This document shows, piece after piece, positions 10,999 to 21,702 of a stretch of 64,000 nt of DNA. Under the pieces are notes generated by a model, which was given only the letters and a program-made list of their open reading frames with translations, made no database searches and was not told the origin of the DNA. Numbering within the stretch: position 1 is the first letter of the stretch; each line of letters starts with the position of its first letter. The position numbers and the translations under genes are program-made. This DNA is from an uncultured Actinomycetes bacterium (GTDB lineage Bacteria > Actinomycetota > Thermoleophilia > UBA2241), in NCBI GenBank assembly GCA_963755025.1, contig CAVWIH010000014.1:192001-256000 (forward strand), given 5' to 3'.

Positions 10999-11196
10999 TC
11001 ACTGCGGAGCGGTGCTCGGCGCGTGCGTGCAGCCGGTGTGCGGCGCCGGCGTGCGAGTGGCCGCCGTCGTCGGGACCGAGGTGGTCGTCGATGCCGATGT
11101 CCTGGCCCCGTTGCTGCCGAACGCGGTCGGCACGAGCCAGACGGCCAGAGCCAGGACCACGACGGCGAGCATGACGGTGAGTACTCTCTTGGACAT
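10999..11196 (-). CDS. Small secreted or membrane-anchored Thr-rich protein (65 aa)
   Basis: RBS AAGGAGGG; MSKRVLTVMLAVVVLALAVWLVPTAFG signal-like N-terminus; followed by the terminator. Confidence 0.65.
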   Translation of the reverse strand: MSKRVLTVMLAVVVLALAVWLVPTAFGSNGARTSASTTTSVPTTAATRTPAPHTGCTHAPSTAPQ

Positions 11197-11483
11197 GAGT
11201 CCCTCCTTGCTTACAGTGCTGGTCGCCTTCTTCCCCCGGCGTGCCACTCCCACCGCTCCGCCGCATTAAGAGATGTTCACCAGACTGTGAGGCCGCTGCG
11301 GACTTGCTGGGCGTGCGCTTGGGAACCCACGCGCGGCGCGGCGCGGCGAGCCCGACGAAGTCACCGCGCCCGGCGGCGGCGCGGACCGTGTACACTGAGA
11401 GCGAGCCGCGGCGGCGCCGCCGCGCCGCCGCGGCTCGCTTCTCCTGCACGTCCACCCGAAACGCCGACAGAGAGCCTTTTGCC

Positions 11484-13519
11484 ATGCATGCCCCAGCCAA
11501 CATCCGCAACCTCGCCATCATCGCCCACATCGACCACGGCAAGACCACGCTGATCGACGCCATCTTCCGCGCCGCCCGCGTGTTTCGCGAGAACGCCCAC
11601 GTCGAGGAGCGCGTCATGGACAGCAACGACCTCGAGCGCGAGCGCGGCATCACGATCCGCAGCAAACACTGCACGGTGGAGTGGCAGGACTACCTCATCA
11701 ACATCATCGACACCCCCGGTCACGCCGACTTCAGCGGCGAGGTCGAACGGGTGCTCAGCATGGTCGACTCGGTGCTCCTGCTGGTCGACGCCAACGAAGG
11801 CCCCATGCCCCAGACCCGCTACGTGCTCATGCGCGCGCTACGCCTGGGACTGCGACCCATCGTCATCGTCAACAAGGCCGACCGGCCCAACGCCGACCCG
11901 TCGGGCGCGCTCGACGCCACGTTCGACCTGTTCGTCGAGCTGGGCGCCGCCAACGAGCAGCTCGACTTTCCCGTGCTCTACGGCTCGGGCCTCGAGGGCT
12001 GGATCGTCAACGACATCGAGGAGTACCGCCGCGAGGAGCGCGACCGCGAAGCGCACCTGGCCGACGGCGGCACGCTTTCGCCGGCCATGCGCGCCGAGCT
12101 CGCCGCGCGCGGCATGCGCGACCTGTTCGAGACCATCGTGGCCTCGGTGCCGGCCCCCAAGGTCGACCTCGACGCGCCGTTCCTCATGCAGGTCAGCACG
12201 CTGGCCTGGAGCGACTACATCGGGCGCATCGGCTGTGGCCGCGTGCTGCGGGGCCGCCTGGCCGTCGGCGACGAGCTGCGCCGCATAGAGACGCGCCACA
12301 CCGCCGACCCGGCCAGCCCCGACGCGACCGCGTCCGCAACGCCGGCCGCGTCGGCGGCCCGCGCCGCGTCATCGCTCGCGGCGCCCGGCGCGCCGCTCGA
12401 AGAAGAAGCCTGGGAGGTCGTCGGCGACCAGACCGCGCGCGTCACCCACCTGTGGGTCACCCACGGCCTCGAGAACCGCGAGATCCAGGACATCAACGCC
12501 GGCGACATCGTCTGGCTGGCCGGCCCCGACGAGATCGCCATCGGCGACACGCTGGCCGCGCCCGAGCTCGAACCCGCCGCCGTCGCCCTGCCGCCGCTCG
12601 AGATCGAAGAGCCGACCGTCAGCATGTTCTTCCTGGTCAACAACGGTCCCTTCGCCGGCGAAGACGGCCGCGCTGCGACCCTGCGCCAGATCAAGGACCG
12701 CCTGCAGCGCGAGCTGCGCGTCAACGTCGCGCTGCGCGTCGAAGACCTGGGGCGCCCCGACGGCGTCAAGGTCTCGGGCGCGGCGAGCTGCACCTCGCCA
12801 TCCTCATCGAGGAGATGCGCCGCGAGGGCATGGAGCTGTGCGTCTCCAAGCCCGAGGTGATCACCCGACGCGACGCGCGCGGCCACCTGCAGGAGCCCCT
12901 CGAGGAGCTCGTCATCGACGTGCCCGGCGAGTACCAGGGCACCGTGATCCAGGCGCTCAGCCTGCGCAAGGGCGAGCTCACCGGCATGCACGCCAGCCTC
13001 ACCGGCTTGGTGCGCCTCGAGTTCACCATCACCACGCGCGGCCTGATCGGCTACCGCAACGAGTTCCTCACCGAGACCCGCGGCCTGGGCGTCATGAGCT
13101 CGCGCTTCGTGGGCTACGGCCCCTGGGCCGGCGACCTGCCGGGCCGCGACCGCGGCTCGCTCGTGAGCCAGGCCGACGGCGAAGCCGCCGGCTACTCGCT
13201 CGAGAACCTGCAACAGCGGGCCACCATGTTCGTGGGCCCCATGGCGCGCGTCTACGAAGGCATGATCGTGGGCGAGAACTCGCGCGGCGACGACATGCTC
13301 TGCAACCCCACCAAGCGCAAGGCGCTGGGCAACTACCGCCAGTCCACCAAAGAGATCGACACCGGCCTCAAGGTGGTCCGCGTGCTCACCCTCGAAAGCG
13401 CCCTCGAGTGGATCGCCGACGACGAGCTCGTCGAGGTCACGCCCCAGTCGGTGCGGGTGCGCAAGCATATCCTGAGCTCCGAGGAGCGCAAGAAGGCCGC
13501 CAAGCGCGTCGCGGGGTAG
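11484..13519 (+). CDS. typA: Translational GTPase TypA/BipA; one frameshift near 12778
   Basis: [42 protein letters not shown]; continues in another frame at [18 protein letters not shown]...RGLIGYR...DDELVEVTP. Confidence 0.93.
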
Positions 13520-13526
13520 CCAGCCG

Positions 13527-13578
13527 GCAGTCGCCCGGTAGCAGTCGCCCGGTAGCAGTCGCCGGGTAGCAGTCTCCC
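13527..13578. repeat. 14-bp tandem repeat (about 3.7 copies), intergenic
   Basis: gcagtcgcccggta twice, then gcagtcgccgggta and gcagtctccc. Confidence 0.85.
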
Positions 13579-13615
13579 GCCCCATCCTCCCCGGAGAGAC
13601 CGCTGGCCGGCCCCG

Positions 13616-13984
13616 TCAGCCGCAGGCGCAGCTCGGGCCGCGGTCGTGGCGATGCAGCTCCTCGACCGCTCCGGTAAAGGCGGCGAGCCCCTCCGAGAAG
13701 CGCCCCCAGTCGAGCGCATAGTAGGTGCGGGCGCCTTCGCCCCGCGAGCACAGCAGGCCGGCGTCGCGCAGCACCGCCAGGTGGTGCGAGACGAGCGGCT
13801 GGCTCATGCCCAGGTGCGCCGTGATCTCGCAGACGCAGCGCTCGCCCCCCAGCAACTGCTCCACGATGGCCGCCCGGGTCGGGCTGGCGAGCGCCTTGAA
13901 CTGGGGCACGAACCCGGTCAGCGGCGTGGCTGCACCGGCCAGTACACCGTCACGGCGCTCCTGCGTCGGTCGTTCGCTCCTCAC
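13616..13984 (-). CDS. arsR: ArsR/SmtB arsenic-responsive repressor (start uncertain)
   Basis: [16 protein letters not shown] metal site, [18 protein letters not shown]; C-terminal CAC; GTGA overlap with the acr3 stop. Confidence 0.88.
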   Translation of the reverse strand: MRSERPTQERRDGVLAGAATPLTGFVPQFKALASPTRAAIVEQLLGGERCVCEITAHLGMSQPLVSHHLAVLRDAGLLCSRGEGARTYYALDWGRFSEGLAAFTGAVEELHRHDRGPSCACG

Positions 13985-15082
13985 GTCGCCTCCCCACCGA
14001 GCGGCGCCGCCGCGGGCGTCGCAAAGAACCGCCGCCGCAGCAGCAGCGCCACGTTGACCAGGCCGATCATGACCGGCACCTCGACCAGCGGCCCGACGAC
14101 GGCGGCGAACGCCACGCCCGAACCTATGCCGAAGACCGCCACCGACACGGCGATGGCCAGCTCGAAGTTGTTGCTGGCCGCCGTGAACGACAGCGTCGCA
14201 GTCTTTGGATAGTCGGCGCCGATGCGTGTGGCCCAGGTAAAAGCTCACCAGGAACATCACGACGAAGTAGATCAGCAGCGGCACCGCGACCCTGACCACG
14301 TCGAGCGGCAGCCGCACGATCACGTCGCCCTTGTAGCTGAACATCACGAAGATGGTGAACAGCAGCGCCACCAGGGTGAGCGGGCTGGTGCGCGGAATGA
14401 ACACCTGCTCGTACCAGTCGCGGCCCTTCACCTTGAGGCCGACGTAGCGCGTCGCCATGCCGGCCAGGAAAGGGATGCCGAGATAGACGAACACGCTGCG
14501 CGCCATCTGGCCGATCGAGATGTCGACCGCGGCGCCGCGCAGGCCGAACAGCGGCGGCAGCCTGGTCACGAACACCCAGGCGAAGAGGCTGTAGAACAGC
14601 ACCTGGAAGACGCTGTTGAAGGCGACAAGGCCGGCGGCGTACTCGGTGTCGCCCGCGGCAAGCTGGTTCCAGACGAGCACCATGGCGATGCAGCGCGCCA
14701 GGCCGATCAGGATGACGCCGACCATGAGCTGCGGATAGTCGTGCAGAAAGACGATCGCCAGGAAGAACATGAGCACGGGGCCGATCACCCAGTTCTGCAC
14801 CAGCGACAGGCCGAGGACGCGGTAGTCGCGAAACACGTCGCCCAGCTCCTCGTAGCGCACCTTGGCGAGCGGCGGATACATCATCACGATGAGCCCGACG
14901 GCGATCGGCAGGTTGGTGGCGCCGACCTGGAAGTGCCCCCAGAACTACTTGATCTGCGGCGCCGCCCAACCCACCCCCACGCCGACCATCATGGCCAGAA
15001 AGATCCAGGCGGTCAGGTAGCGGTCGAGGAACGAGAGGCGCTTCCTTGCCACCGATGCCACCGATGCCGCCGCCATCGCCAT
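13981..15082 (-). pseudogene. acr3: ACR3 arsenite efflux transporter; in-frame TAG at 14945-14947 and a frameshift near 14230 (possibly assembly errors)
   Basis: [49 protein letters not shown]; in the shifted frame [15 protein letters not shown] and GPLVEVPV. Confidence 0.9.
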
Positions 15083-15129
15083 GCCGCGCCTGCTCCTTCG
15101 TCCGAGACCCTCAACGGTGCCGTGGCTTG

Positions 15130-15171
15130 ATTGTCACATATACTTCTGTTTATGGTCAACTTCTGTTTATG
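15130..15171 (-). promoter_or_regulatory. acr3-arsR promoter with duplicated putative ArsR operator
   Basis: - strand: TTGACC-N18-GACAAT with a TG extension. The 13-bp direct repeat acttctgtttatg occurs at 15142-15154 and 15159-15171; the region is AT-rich. Confidence 0.65.
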
Positions 15172-15293
15172 CATTTGGCGCACTCACCGTCTTCTGACCG
15201 GGGGCGGGTAGGGTGTGTGCCAAGCCGGACGGAAGGAGGCGGTCGTGATCAGGCCCAGGATGTGGGACACACTCGCCGGGCGGTGAACGGGCG

Positions 15294-16067
15294 ATGAAGA
15301 GGCTGACGATGAGCAGTCCGCTCGCCGTGTTCTCGGACGTGCACGGCAATCTGCCGGGCCTCGAGGCGATCCTCGCCGACATCGCGAGCCGCGGCGCCAC
15401 GAGCGTTCTCTGCCTGGGCGACCTGGTGGGCTATGGCCCGTTCCCCAACGAGGTCGCCGCGCTGGTGCGCGACCGCGGCATCCCGACCGTCATGGGCAAC
15501 TACGACCAGGGCATCGGCTTTGCCACCGGCGACTGCGGCTGCGTCTACAAGACCGACGAGCAGCGCGCCGAGGGCGCCGCGTCGCTCGCCTGGACCGAGC
15601 AGGCCGCGAGCCCCGAGACCCGCGACTATCTGCGCACCCTCGAAGACCGCTTCGTGATCGAGACGCCGGCCGGCGAGCTGCTCGCCGTGCACGGCAGCCC
15701 GCGGCGCATCAACGAGTACCTCTTCGCCGATCGCCCCGATTCGTCGCTCGCGCGCATCGCCGCAGCCGAACCCTACCGCGCCATCGTCTTCGGGCACACC
15801 CACCTGCCCTACGCGCGCGAGAGCGGCGGCACGACCTTCGTGAATGTGGGCAGCGCCGGACGGCCCAAGGACGGCGACTGGCGGGTCTGCTACGCGCTGA
15901 TCGACCTCCGGCCGGCGGGCGCCGGCGGTCTCGCCGTCGAGTTCGTGCGCCTCGCCTTCGACTACGAGCGCCTCGCCGCGGCGCTGGCGCGCACGACGCT
16001 GACGACGACCTTCGACGGGCCCCCCGCCACGGCCGCGGAGACCTCTGCCGCGGTCGACGTTCGCTAG
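15294..16067 (+). CDS. Calcineurin-like metallophosphoesterase (ars-cluster associated)
   Basis: SDVHGN, LGDLVGYG, GNYD, DCGC, HGSPR, GHTH, NVGSAGRPKDGD. Confidence 0.9.
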   Translation: MKRLTMSSPLAVFSDVHGNLPGLEAILADIASRGATSVLCLGDLVGYGPFPNEVAALVRDRGIPTVMGNYDQGIGFATGDCGCVYKTDEQRAEGAASLAWTEQAASPETRDYLRTLEDRFVIETPAGELLAVHGSPRRINEYLFADRPDSSLARIAAAEPYRAIVFGHTHLPYARESGGTTFVNVGSAGRPKDGDWRVCYALIDLRPAGAGGLAVEFVRLAFDYERLAAALARTTLTTTFDGPPATAAETSAAVDVR

Positions 16068-16143
16068 CGCCGCCGCCAGCACCGCCGGGCAGCACGGGGG
16101 AGTCGCCGGTCGGCGCCGCGTGCGGAGCGCCCCGGCCTTGCGC

Positions 16144-18147
16144 TTACGAAGCCTCGTCGATGGCGGCGGCGAACTGGGCGTTGTACAGGTCGTAATAGAA
16201 GCCGTGCAGCTCCAGCAGCTCCTCGTGGCTGCCCTGCTCGACGATGTGGCCGTGGTCCATGCAGAGGATGATGTCGGCGCCGCGGATCGTCGACAGCCGG
16301 TGGGCGATGACAAAGCTCGTGCGGTCCCTCATGAGCTCGTTCATGGCCTGTTGGATCAGCACCTCTGTGCGCGTATCGACCGAGCTCGTGGCCTCGTCGA
16401 GGATGAGGATGTCGGGGTCGGCCAGGAACGCCCGCGCGATCGTCAGCAGCTGTTTCTCGCCTTACGACACCGACGTCGCGCTCTCGTCGAGCACCGTGTC
16501 GTAGCCGTGCGGTAGCGTCCGCACAAAGTGGTCGACCCGAGCCGCCTTGGCCGCGGCCAGCAGGCGCTCCTCGGTCGCGCCGTCGCGCCCGTAGTTGATG
16601 TTGTCGCGCACGGTGCCGCTGAACAGCCAGGTGTCCTGGAGCACCATGCCGAACATGCGGCGCAGGTCGCTACGTGACATCTGCCGCGTATCGACGCCGT
16701 CGAGCTTGATGCGTCCGACGTCGATCTCGTAGAAGCGCAGCAACAGGTTAACCAGGGTGGTCTTGCCCGCCCCGGTGGGCCCGACGATGGCCACCGTCTG
16801 GCCGGGCGCGACGTCGAGGTGGAGGTCGCCGATCAGCGGCTGGTCGGCGACGTAGCGGAACGAGACGTCCTCGAAGGTGATGTGGCCGCTCGCGTTCTCG
16901 AGCCTGACGGGGACGGCGGGGTCGGGCTCTTCCTCGGTCTCGTCGAGCAGTTCGAAGACGCGCTCCGACGACGCCGCGGTCGACTGCAGGACGTTCACGA
17001 TGCTGGCCACCTGGGTGATCGGCTGGGTGAACTGCCGCGAGTACTGGAAGAAGGCCTGCACGTCGCCGAGCGAAAGCGTGCCGCTGGCCACCTTGATGCC
17101 GCCGATGACGGCGATGGAGACGTAGTTCAGGTTGCTCACGAACATCATGACCGGCTGGATGATGCCCGAGATGAACTGCGCCCCGAAGCTCGCCCGGTAG
17201 AGGCCCTCGTTGCGCTCGTCGAACTGGTCGATGGCCTCATCCTGGTGGCCGAAGACCTTGACGACGTTGTGGCCGGTGAACATCTCCTCGACGTGGCCGC
17301 CCACGTCGCCGGTGCGCTTCCATTGCACGGCGAACAGCTTCTGCGACCGGCGCGCGATCACGATCGTGATCGCGAATGAGATCGGCACGACGATCACGGA
17401 GATCACCGCCAGCAACGGGCTGATCGAGAACATCATGATGAGCACGCCGACAATGGTGAGCACCGACGTGATGAGCGTGGTGATCGACTGCTGCAGCGAC
17501 TGCGCAATGTTGTCGAGGTCGTTCGTGAGGCGGGACAGCACGTCGCCGTGCGGATGGTCGTCGAAGTAACGCAGCGGCAGGCGCCCCAGCTTCTCGTCGG
17601 CGGCGCGCCGCAGCCGATAGACCGTGCGCTGCGCTATCCCCACCGTGAGGAACTGCCGGCCCCAGCCGAACACCGCGCTCGCCAGATAGATGCCGACGGC
17701 CAGCAGCAGCGTCAGTTCGAGCGCGTGGAAGTCGATCCCGTGGCCGGGGTGCAGGTTCATGCCCTGCATCATGTCGGCGTAGCGCCCCTGACCATGTGCC
17801 CGCGCGTACGCGACCGCTTGGGCCTTCGTCGTCCCGGCAGGGATCCGTTTGGAAAACACGCCGTCGAAGATGATGTTGGTGGCGTGGCCCAGCACGCGCG
17901 GTCCGATGACCACAAAGACGACGCTCACGACGCCGAGTACCACCATGCCGCCGAGGCGCAGTCTCTCCGGGCGCATCGTCTTGACGAGACGGCGCATCGT
18001 GCCCCAGAAGTCGCGCGCTTTCTCTGTTGGCGTGACGAGGGCTTGGCCCGGCCCGCCGGGCCCGCCCCGGCGCTGTCCCGGTCCCAAGCCCCGGCCCGCC
18101 GGCGCCGACGTGCCGCTGTCGTTGCCGTTTGTACGTTCGTCGCTCAC
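16144..18147 (-). CDS. Heterodimeric multidrug-type ABC exporter subunit B; in-frame TAA at 16462-16464
   Basis: TM domain, Walker A GPTGAGKT. Reading continues in frame past TAA: [31 protein letters not shown]...IAHRLST. Confidence 0.9.
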
Positions 18148-20015
18148 TGTTCCTCGTCTCTCGATGACGACGGGAGCTCGCCTGCGAAAGCGTCGGGCGG
18201 GGTCGGCGCCACGGGCGCCACCACTTCGTCGCCGGTGGGCGCCCCACCGGCGCCGGCGAGGTCCTCGTCGATCTGGTCGGCGAAGCCCTCGAGTGCTCCG
18301 GTCCCGAGCTGCGAAGTGACGATCTCACGGTAGGTCTCGCAGGACTGCAGCAGCTCATCGTGCGTGCCGAGGCCGACGACGCCGCCGTCTTCGAGCACGA
18401 CGATCTGCTGGGCGTTCATGATGGTTCCGACGCGCTGGGCGACCACGATAGTGGTGGCCTGGGCGGTCTCGCGCCGCAGCGCGGCGCGCAGGTCGGCGTC
18501 GGTCTTCACGTCGACCGCCGAGAAGCTGTCGTCGAAGATGTAGATGCAGGCTTTCTTTGCGAGGGCCCTGGCGATGGCCAGACGCTGGCGCTGGCCGCCC
18601 GACACGCTGGCCCCAGCCTGGGCGACCTGCGTCTCGAGCCTCTCCGGCATCTCGCTCACGAACTCGATCGCCTGAGCGACGTCGAGCAGGTGCCACAGCT
18701 CGTCGTCGGTCGCGTCGGGCCGCCCGTAGCGCAGGTTGTCGGCGACGCTGCCGCTGAATAGGAAGGCCGACTGCGGGACCAACCCGATCCGCTGCCACAG
18801 GTCCTGCGGCTCGTACTCGCGCACGTCGACGCCGTCGACAAGCACCGCGCCCCCGGTGACGTCGTACAGGCGCGGGACGAGGTTGATGAGGGTCGACTTG
18901 CCGCTGCCCGTGCCGCCCACGATGGCGGTCATCTGGCCAGGCGCCGCGGTGAAGGAGATGTGCGACAGAACGGGTTGCTCGGCGCCGGGGTAGCGGAACT
19001 CGACGTCGCGGAACTCGACGATGCCCATCGCCTGCGTGCCGGTGACCGGCTGCTCGGGCGCGGCCACCGAGGGCCTGACGTCGAGCACAGCCTGGATGCG
19101 CTCGCCGGCGGCGGCGGCGCGCGGCACCATGACGAACATGATGGTCGCCATGATCACGGAGAACAGGATCAGGTAGGTGTACTGCAGGAACGCTTGCAGG
19201 TCGCCGATCGCCATGCCGTGGTACTGGATCTGCCTGCCGCCGAGCCAGACCAGAACGACCGTCGTGAGCTGCATGATCAGCATGATCACCGGAAACATCA
19301 CGGCGAACATGCGGTTGACCCGCAGGGCCGTGTCGGTGAGGTCGACATTGGCATCGTTGAAGCGCCGCTCCTCGTACTTCGTGCGATCGAAGGCGCGGAT
19401 CACGCGCACGCCCGACAGGACCTCGCGGCTGACCTGGTTGACCCGGTCGATCTTGCCCTGCATCGAGCGGAACAGCGGCAGGGCGCGCACCACGATGCTG
19501 GCGAGGAAGACGCCCATGACGACGACCGCGGCGACGATGACGCCCGAGAGCGGCACGTTGAGGCGCACCGCCATGATGATGCCGCCGACGGCCATGAAGG
19601 GCGCCACCAGCACGACGTTGAACAGCATCAGCACCACCTGCTGGACCTGGTAGACGTCGTTGGTGTCGCGGGTGATGAGTGAGGCGGTGCCGAATTGGTT
19701 GAGCTCGGCGAGCGAGAAGCTTTCGACCTTGCGGAATAGCAGGCCGCGCACGTCGCGGCCGAAGGCCATGGCCGTCCGGGAGCCAAAGTACACACCGGCG
19801 ATCGTGGCGACGACGAGCACCGCGCTTAAGATCAGCATGACGGCGCCCATGCGCTCGATGTAGTGCACGTCGCCCGTGGTCACGCCGTGCGTGATGATGT
19901 CGCCGTTGATCGTGGGCAGCGACAGGTTCGTGATCGCCTGCACGAGCAGGAGCGCAAAGATGATGAGGATGCTCCAGCGGTAGGGCGCGAGCCGTTCGCG
20001 AAGCAGCCTGCTCAC
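18144..20015 (-). CDS. Heterodimeric multidrug-type ABC exporter subunit A (degenerate site)
   Basis: GGTGSGKST, VSGGQRQRL, IFDDSFSA (D replaces catalytic E), VAQR (Q replaces H). Confidence 0.93.
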   Translation of the reverse strand: MSRLLRERLAPYRWSILIIFALLLVQAITNLSLPTINGDIITHGVTTGDVHYIERMGAVMLILSAVLVVATIAGVYFGSRTAMAFGRDVRGLLFRKVESFSLAELNQFGTASLITRDTNDVYQVQQVVLMLFNVVLVAPFMAVGGIIMAVRLNVPLSGVIVAAVVVMGVFLASIVVRALPLFRSMQGKIDRVNQVSREVLSGVRVIRAFDRTKYEERRFNDANVDLTDTALRVNRMFAVMFPVIMLIMQLTTVVLVWLGGRQIQYHGMAIGDLQAFLQYTYLILFSVIMATIMFVMVPRAAAAGERIQAVLDVRPSVAAPEQPVTGTQAMGIVEFRDVEFRYPGAEQPVLSHISFTAAPGQMTAIVGGTGSGKSTLINLVPRLYDVTGGAVLVDGVDVREYEPQDLWQRIGLVPQSAFLFSGSVADNLRYGRPDATDDELWHLLDVAQAIEFVSEMPERLETQVAQAGASVSGGQRQRLAIARALAKKACIYIFDDSFSAVDVKTDADLRAALRRETAQATTIVVAQRVGTIMNAQQIVVLEDGGVVGLGTHDELLQSCETYREIVTSQLGTGALEGFADQIDEDLAGAGGAPTGDEVVAPVAPTPPDAFAGELPSSSRDEEQ

Positions 20016-20581
20016 GCCGGTACCCGCGAGGCGTGCGCCGAGGGCCGGTCCCCGTCCGCGGTCTGTGCGGCGCCGCCGTGCGGCGCGCGCTGCGCGTCGA
20101 GCGCCGCGGAGATGCTGACGGTGAAGGCGTTGAGCAGGCGCTCGAGCTCGGCGCGATCGGCTTCGGGCAGGGTGCCGATCGTCTCGTTGATGGTGGCCGC
20201 CGACACGGCCCGCAGGCCGGTCTCGAGCTCTCGTCCCGCGCTCGTCAGGTGCACGCGAGTCAGGCGCTGGTCGGTCTGGTCGGGGCGGCGCTCGATCGCG
20301 CCGGCCTTCTCCATGGCCTGCAGCATCTTGCTCACGGTGGGCCGCGACAGGCGCAGCGCCTCGGCCAGGTCGCGCTGCGTGATGCCGTCGTTGGCCGACA
20401 GCAGGCGCAGGCAGATGGCCTGACCGGGGTGGGTGTCGCGTTCGGAGAGCGTCGCGATCATGAGCTGGCGGTGCAGACGCAGCGCGTTCAAGAAGGCGCG
20501 AAAGACCCGTACGGACAGCTCATCGACGCCCTCGAGCTCGTCGAGCGACAGCTTGAACGCAGCGTGTGCCGCCTTGTCCAC
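20012..20581 (-). CDS. MarR family transcriptional regulator
   Basis: GITQRDLAEALRLSRPTVSKMLQAMEKAGAIERRPDQTDQR...LTSAG; RBS GGGAGG before GTG 20581. Confidence 0.92.
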   Translation of the reverse strand: MDKAAHAAFKLSLDELEGVDELSVRVFRAFLNALRLHRQLMIATLSERDTHPGQAICLRLLSANDGITQRDLAEALRLSRPTVSKMLQAMEKAGAIERRPDQTDQRLTRVHLTSAGRELETGLRAVSAATINETIGTLPEADRAELERLLNAFTVSISAALDAQRAPHGGAAQTADGDRPSAHASRVPA

Positions 20582-20624
20582 GATGGACCTCCCCAGAGAC
20601 TTCGACTCCGACTTCCGCAGCAAA

Positions 20625-20655
20625 CGTTAGCATACTAACGATTAGCACACAAACC
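20625..20655. promoter_or_regulatory. Putative MarR operator
   Basis: Palindrome CGTTAG-CATA-CTAACG (20625-20640) with a degenerate adjacent copy, just upstream of marR. Confidence 0.65.
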
Positions 20656-20780
20656 GTCTCCCGGAACGGTCGGCCGCAGAGCGTAGCCCCACCACTCAGA
20701 CCCGCGTCGCCCGGACCCCGACCGGCCGCCTCGCCGGCTACCCGGCGGCAACGTCATTGCCCTCCCGACGCCACGGGTAT

Positions 20781-20903
20781 CAGGCCAACGGCGCCTGCCG
20801 TGGGCGAGCAGGCCGACGGCGCAAGGTGGGCGAGCAGGCCAACGGCGCATGCCGTGGGCGAGCAGGCCGGCGACGCATGCCGTGGGCGAGCCGGCCGGCG
20901 GCG
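20781..20903. repeat. About 28-bp tandem repeat (about 4.5 copies), intergenic
   Basis: Unit caggccaacggcgcatgccgtgggcgag at 20781, 20809 (26 bp), 20835, 20863 and a partial copy at 20891. Confidence 0.85.
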
Positions 20904-20929
20904 TGGCGGCAACGAGCAAGGAGGCCACG

Positions 20930-21697
20930 ATGACCCTGACAGGCAAGGCGGCGATCGTCACGGGCGGCGACAGCGGCATCGGCCACGCGATCAGCGTCGC
21001 GCTCGGCAAGGCCGGCGCCGCGGTCACCGTCAACTACCACAAGAACGAGGCGGCGGCGGCGGCCACCGTGCAGGAGATCGAGCGGGCCGGCGGACACGCC
21101 CAGTCGTTGCAGGGCGACGTCTCGGCCGTAGCCGACATGCAGCGCTTAGTCGACGAGACGGTCAAGGCGTACGGCCACCTCGACGTGCTGGTCAATAACG
21201 CCGGCATGGAGACGCGCACCTCGGTGCTCGACACCACCGAGCGCGAGTTCGACCTCGTGATCGCGATCGACTTGAAGAGCGCCTTCTTCGGCGTGCAGTG
21301 CGCCGCCCGGCAGATGATCAAGCAGGGCGGCGGCGGCCACATCGTCAACATCTCCTCGATCCACGAGGACTGGCCCATGCCCGGCAACGCCGCCTACTGC
21401 TGCGCCAAGGGCGGCGTCCGCATGCTCACGCGCACGGCCGGCGTCGAGCTCGCCCCGCACGGCATCCTCGTGGCGGGCGTGGCGCCGGGCGCCGTGAACA
21501 CGCCGATCGACGCCGCCACCTTCGCCGACCCGGCCATGAACAAGAAGCTGCACGAAGCCATTCCCCTGGGCCGGGTCGCCCAGCCCGAGGAGATCGCCGC
21601 GCTCGTCGCCTGGCTGGCCTCCGACGAAGCGTCGTACGGCACGGCCACCACCTACGTGCTCGACGGCGGCATGATGCAGGCCAGCGTGGGGCTCTGA
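20930..21697 (+). CDS. Short-chain dehydrogenase (glucose 1-dehydrogenase-like)
   Basis: TGGDSGIG, LVNNAG, ISSIHE, YCCAK (YxxxK); RBS AAGGAGG. Confidence 0.92.
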   Translation: MTLTGKAAIVTGGDSGIGHAISVALGKAGAAVTVNYHKNEAAAAATVQEIERAGGHAQSLQGDVSAVADMQRLVDETVKAYGHLDVLVNNAGMETRTSVLDTTEREFDLVIAIDLKSAFFGVQCAARQMIKQGGGGHIVNISSIHEDWPMPGNAAYCCAKGGVRMLTRTAGVELAPHGILVAGVAPGAVNTPIDAATFADPAMNKKLHEAIPLGRVAQPEEIAALVAWLASDEASYGTATTYVLDGGMMQASVGL

Positions 21698-21702
21698 GGG
21701 CC

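Noticed and set aside
13590-13618. Sec readthrough after ArsR ...SCACG-TGA
   Set aside because: No convincing G-loop hairpin at SECIS distance, and the extension runs into a tandem repeat.
13616-14887. Apparent Acr3-ArsR fusion (423-aa ORF)
   Set aside because: Produced by the frameshift near 14230. The true Acr3 C-terminus ([17 protein letters not shown]) is in another frame and stops at 13981.
14945-14947. Pyrrolysine or amber reassignment in acr3
   Set aside because: TAG terminates many normal genes here, the same gene also has a frameshift, and no pyl genes are visible.
20781-20903. 28-bp repeats as a CRISPR array
   Set aside because: The units are contiguous with no unique spacers, and there are no cas genes in the window.
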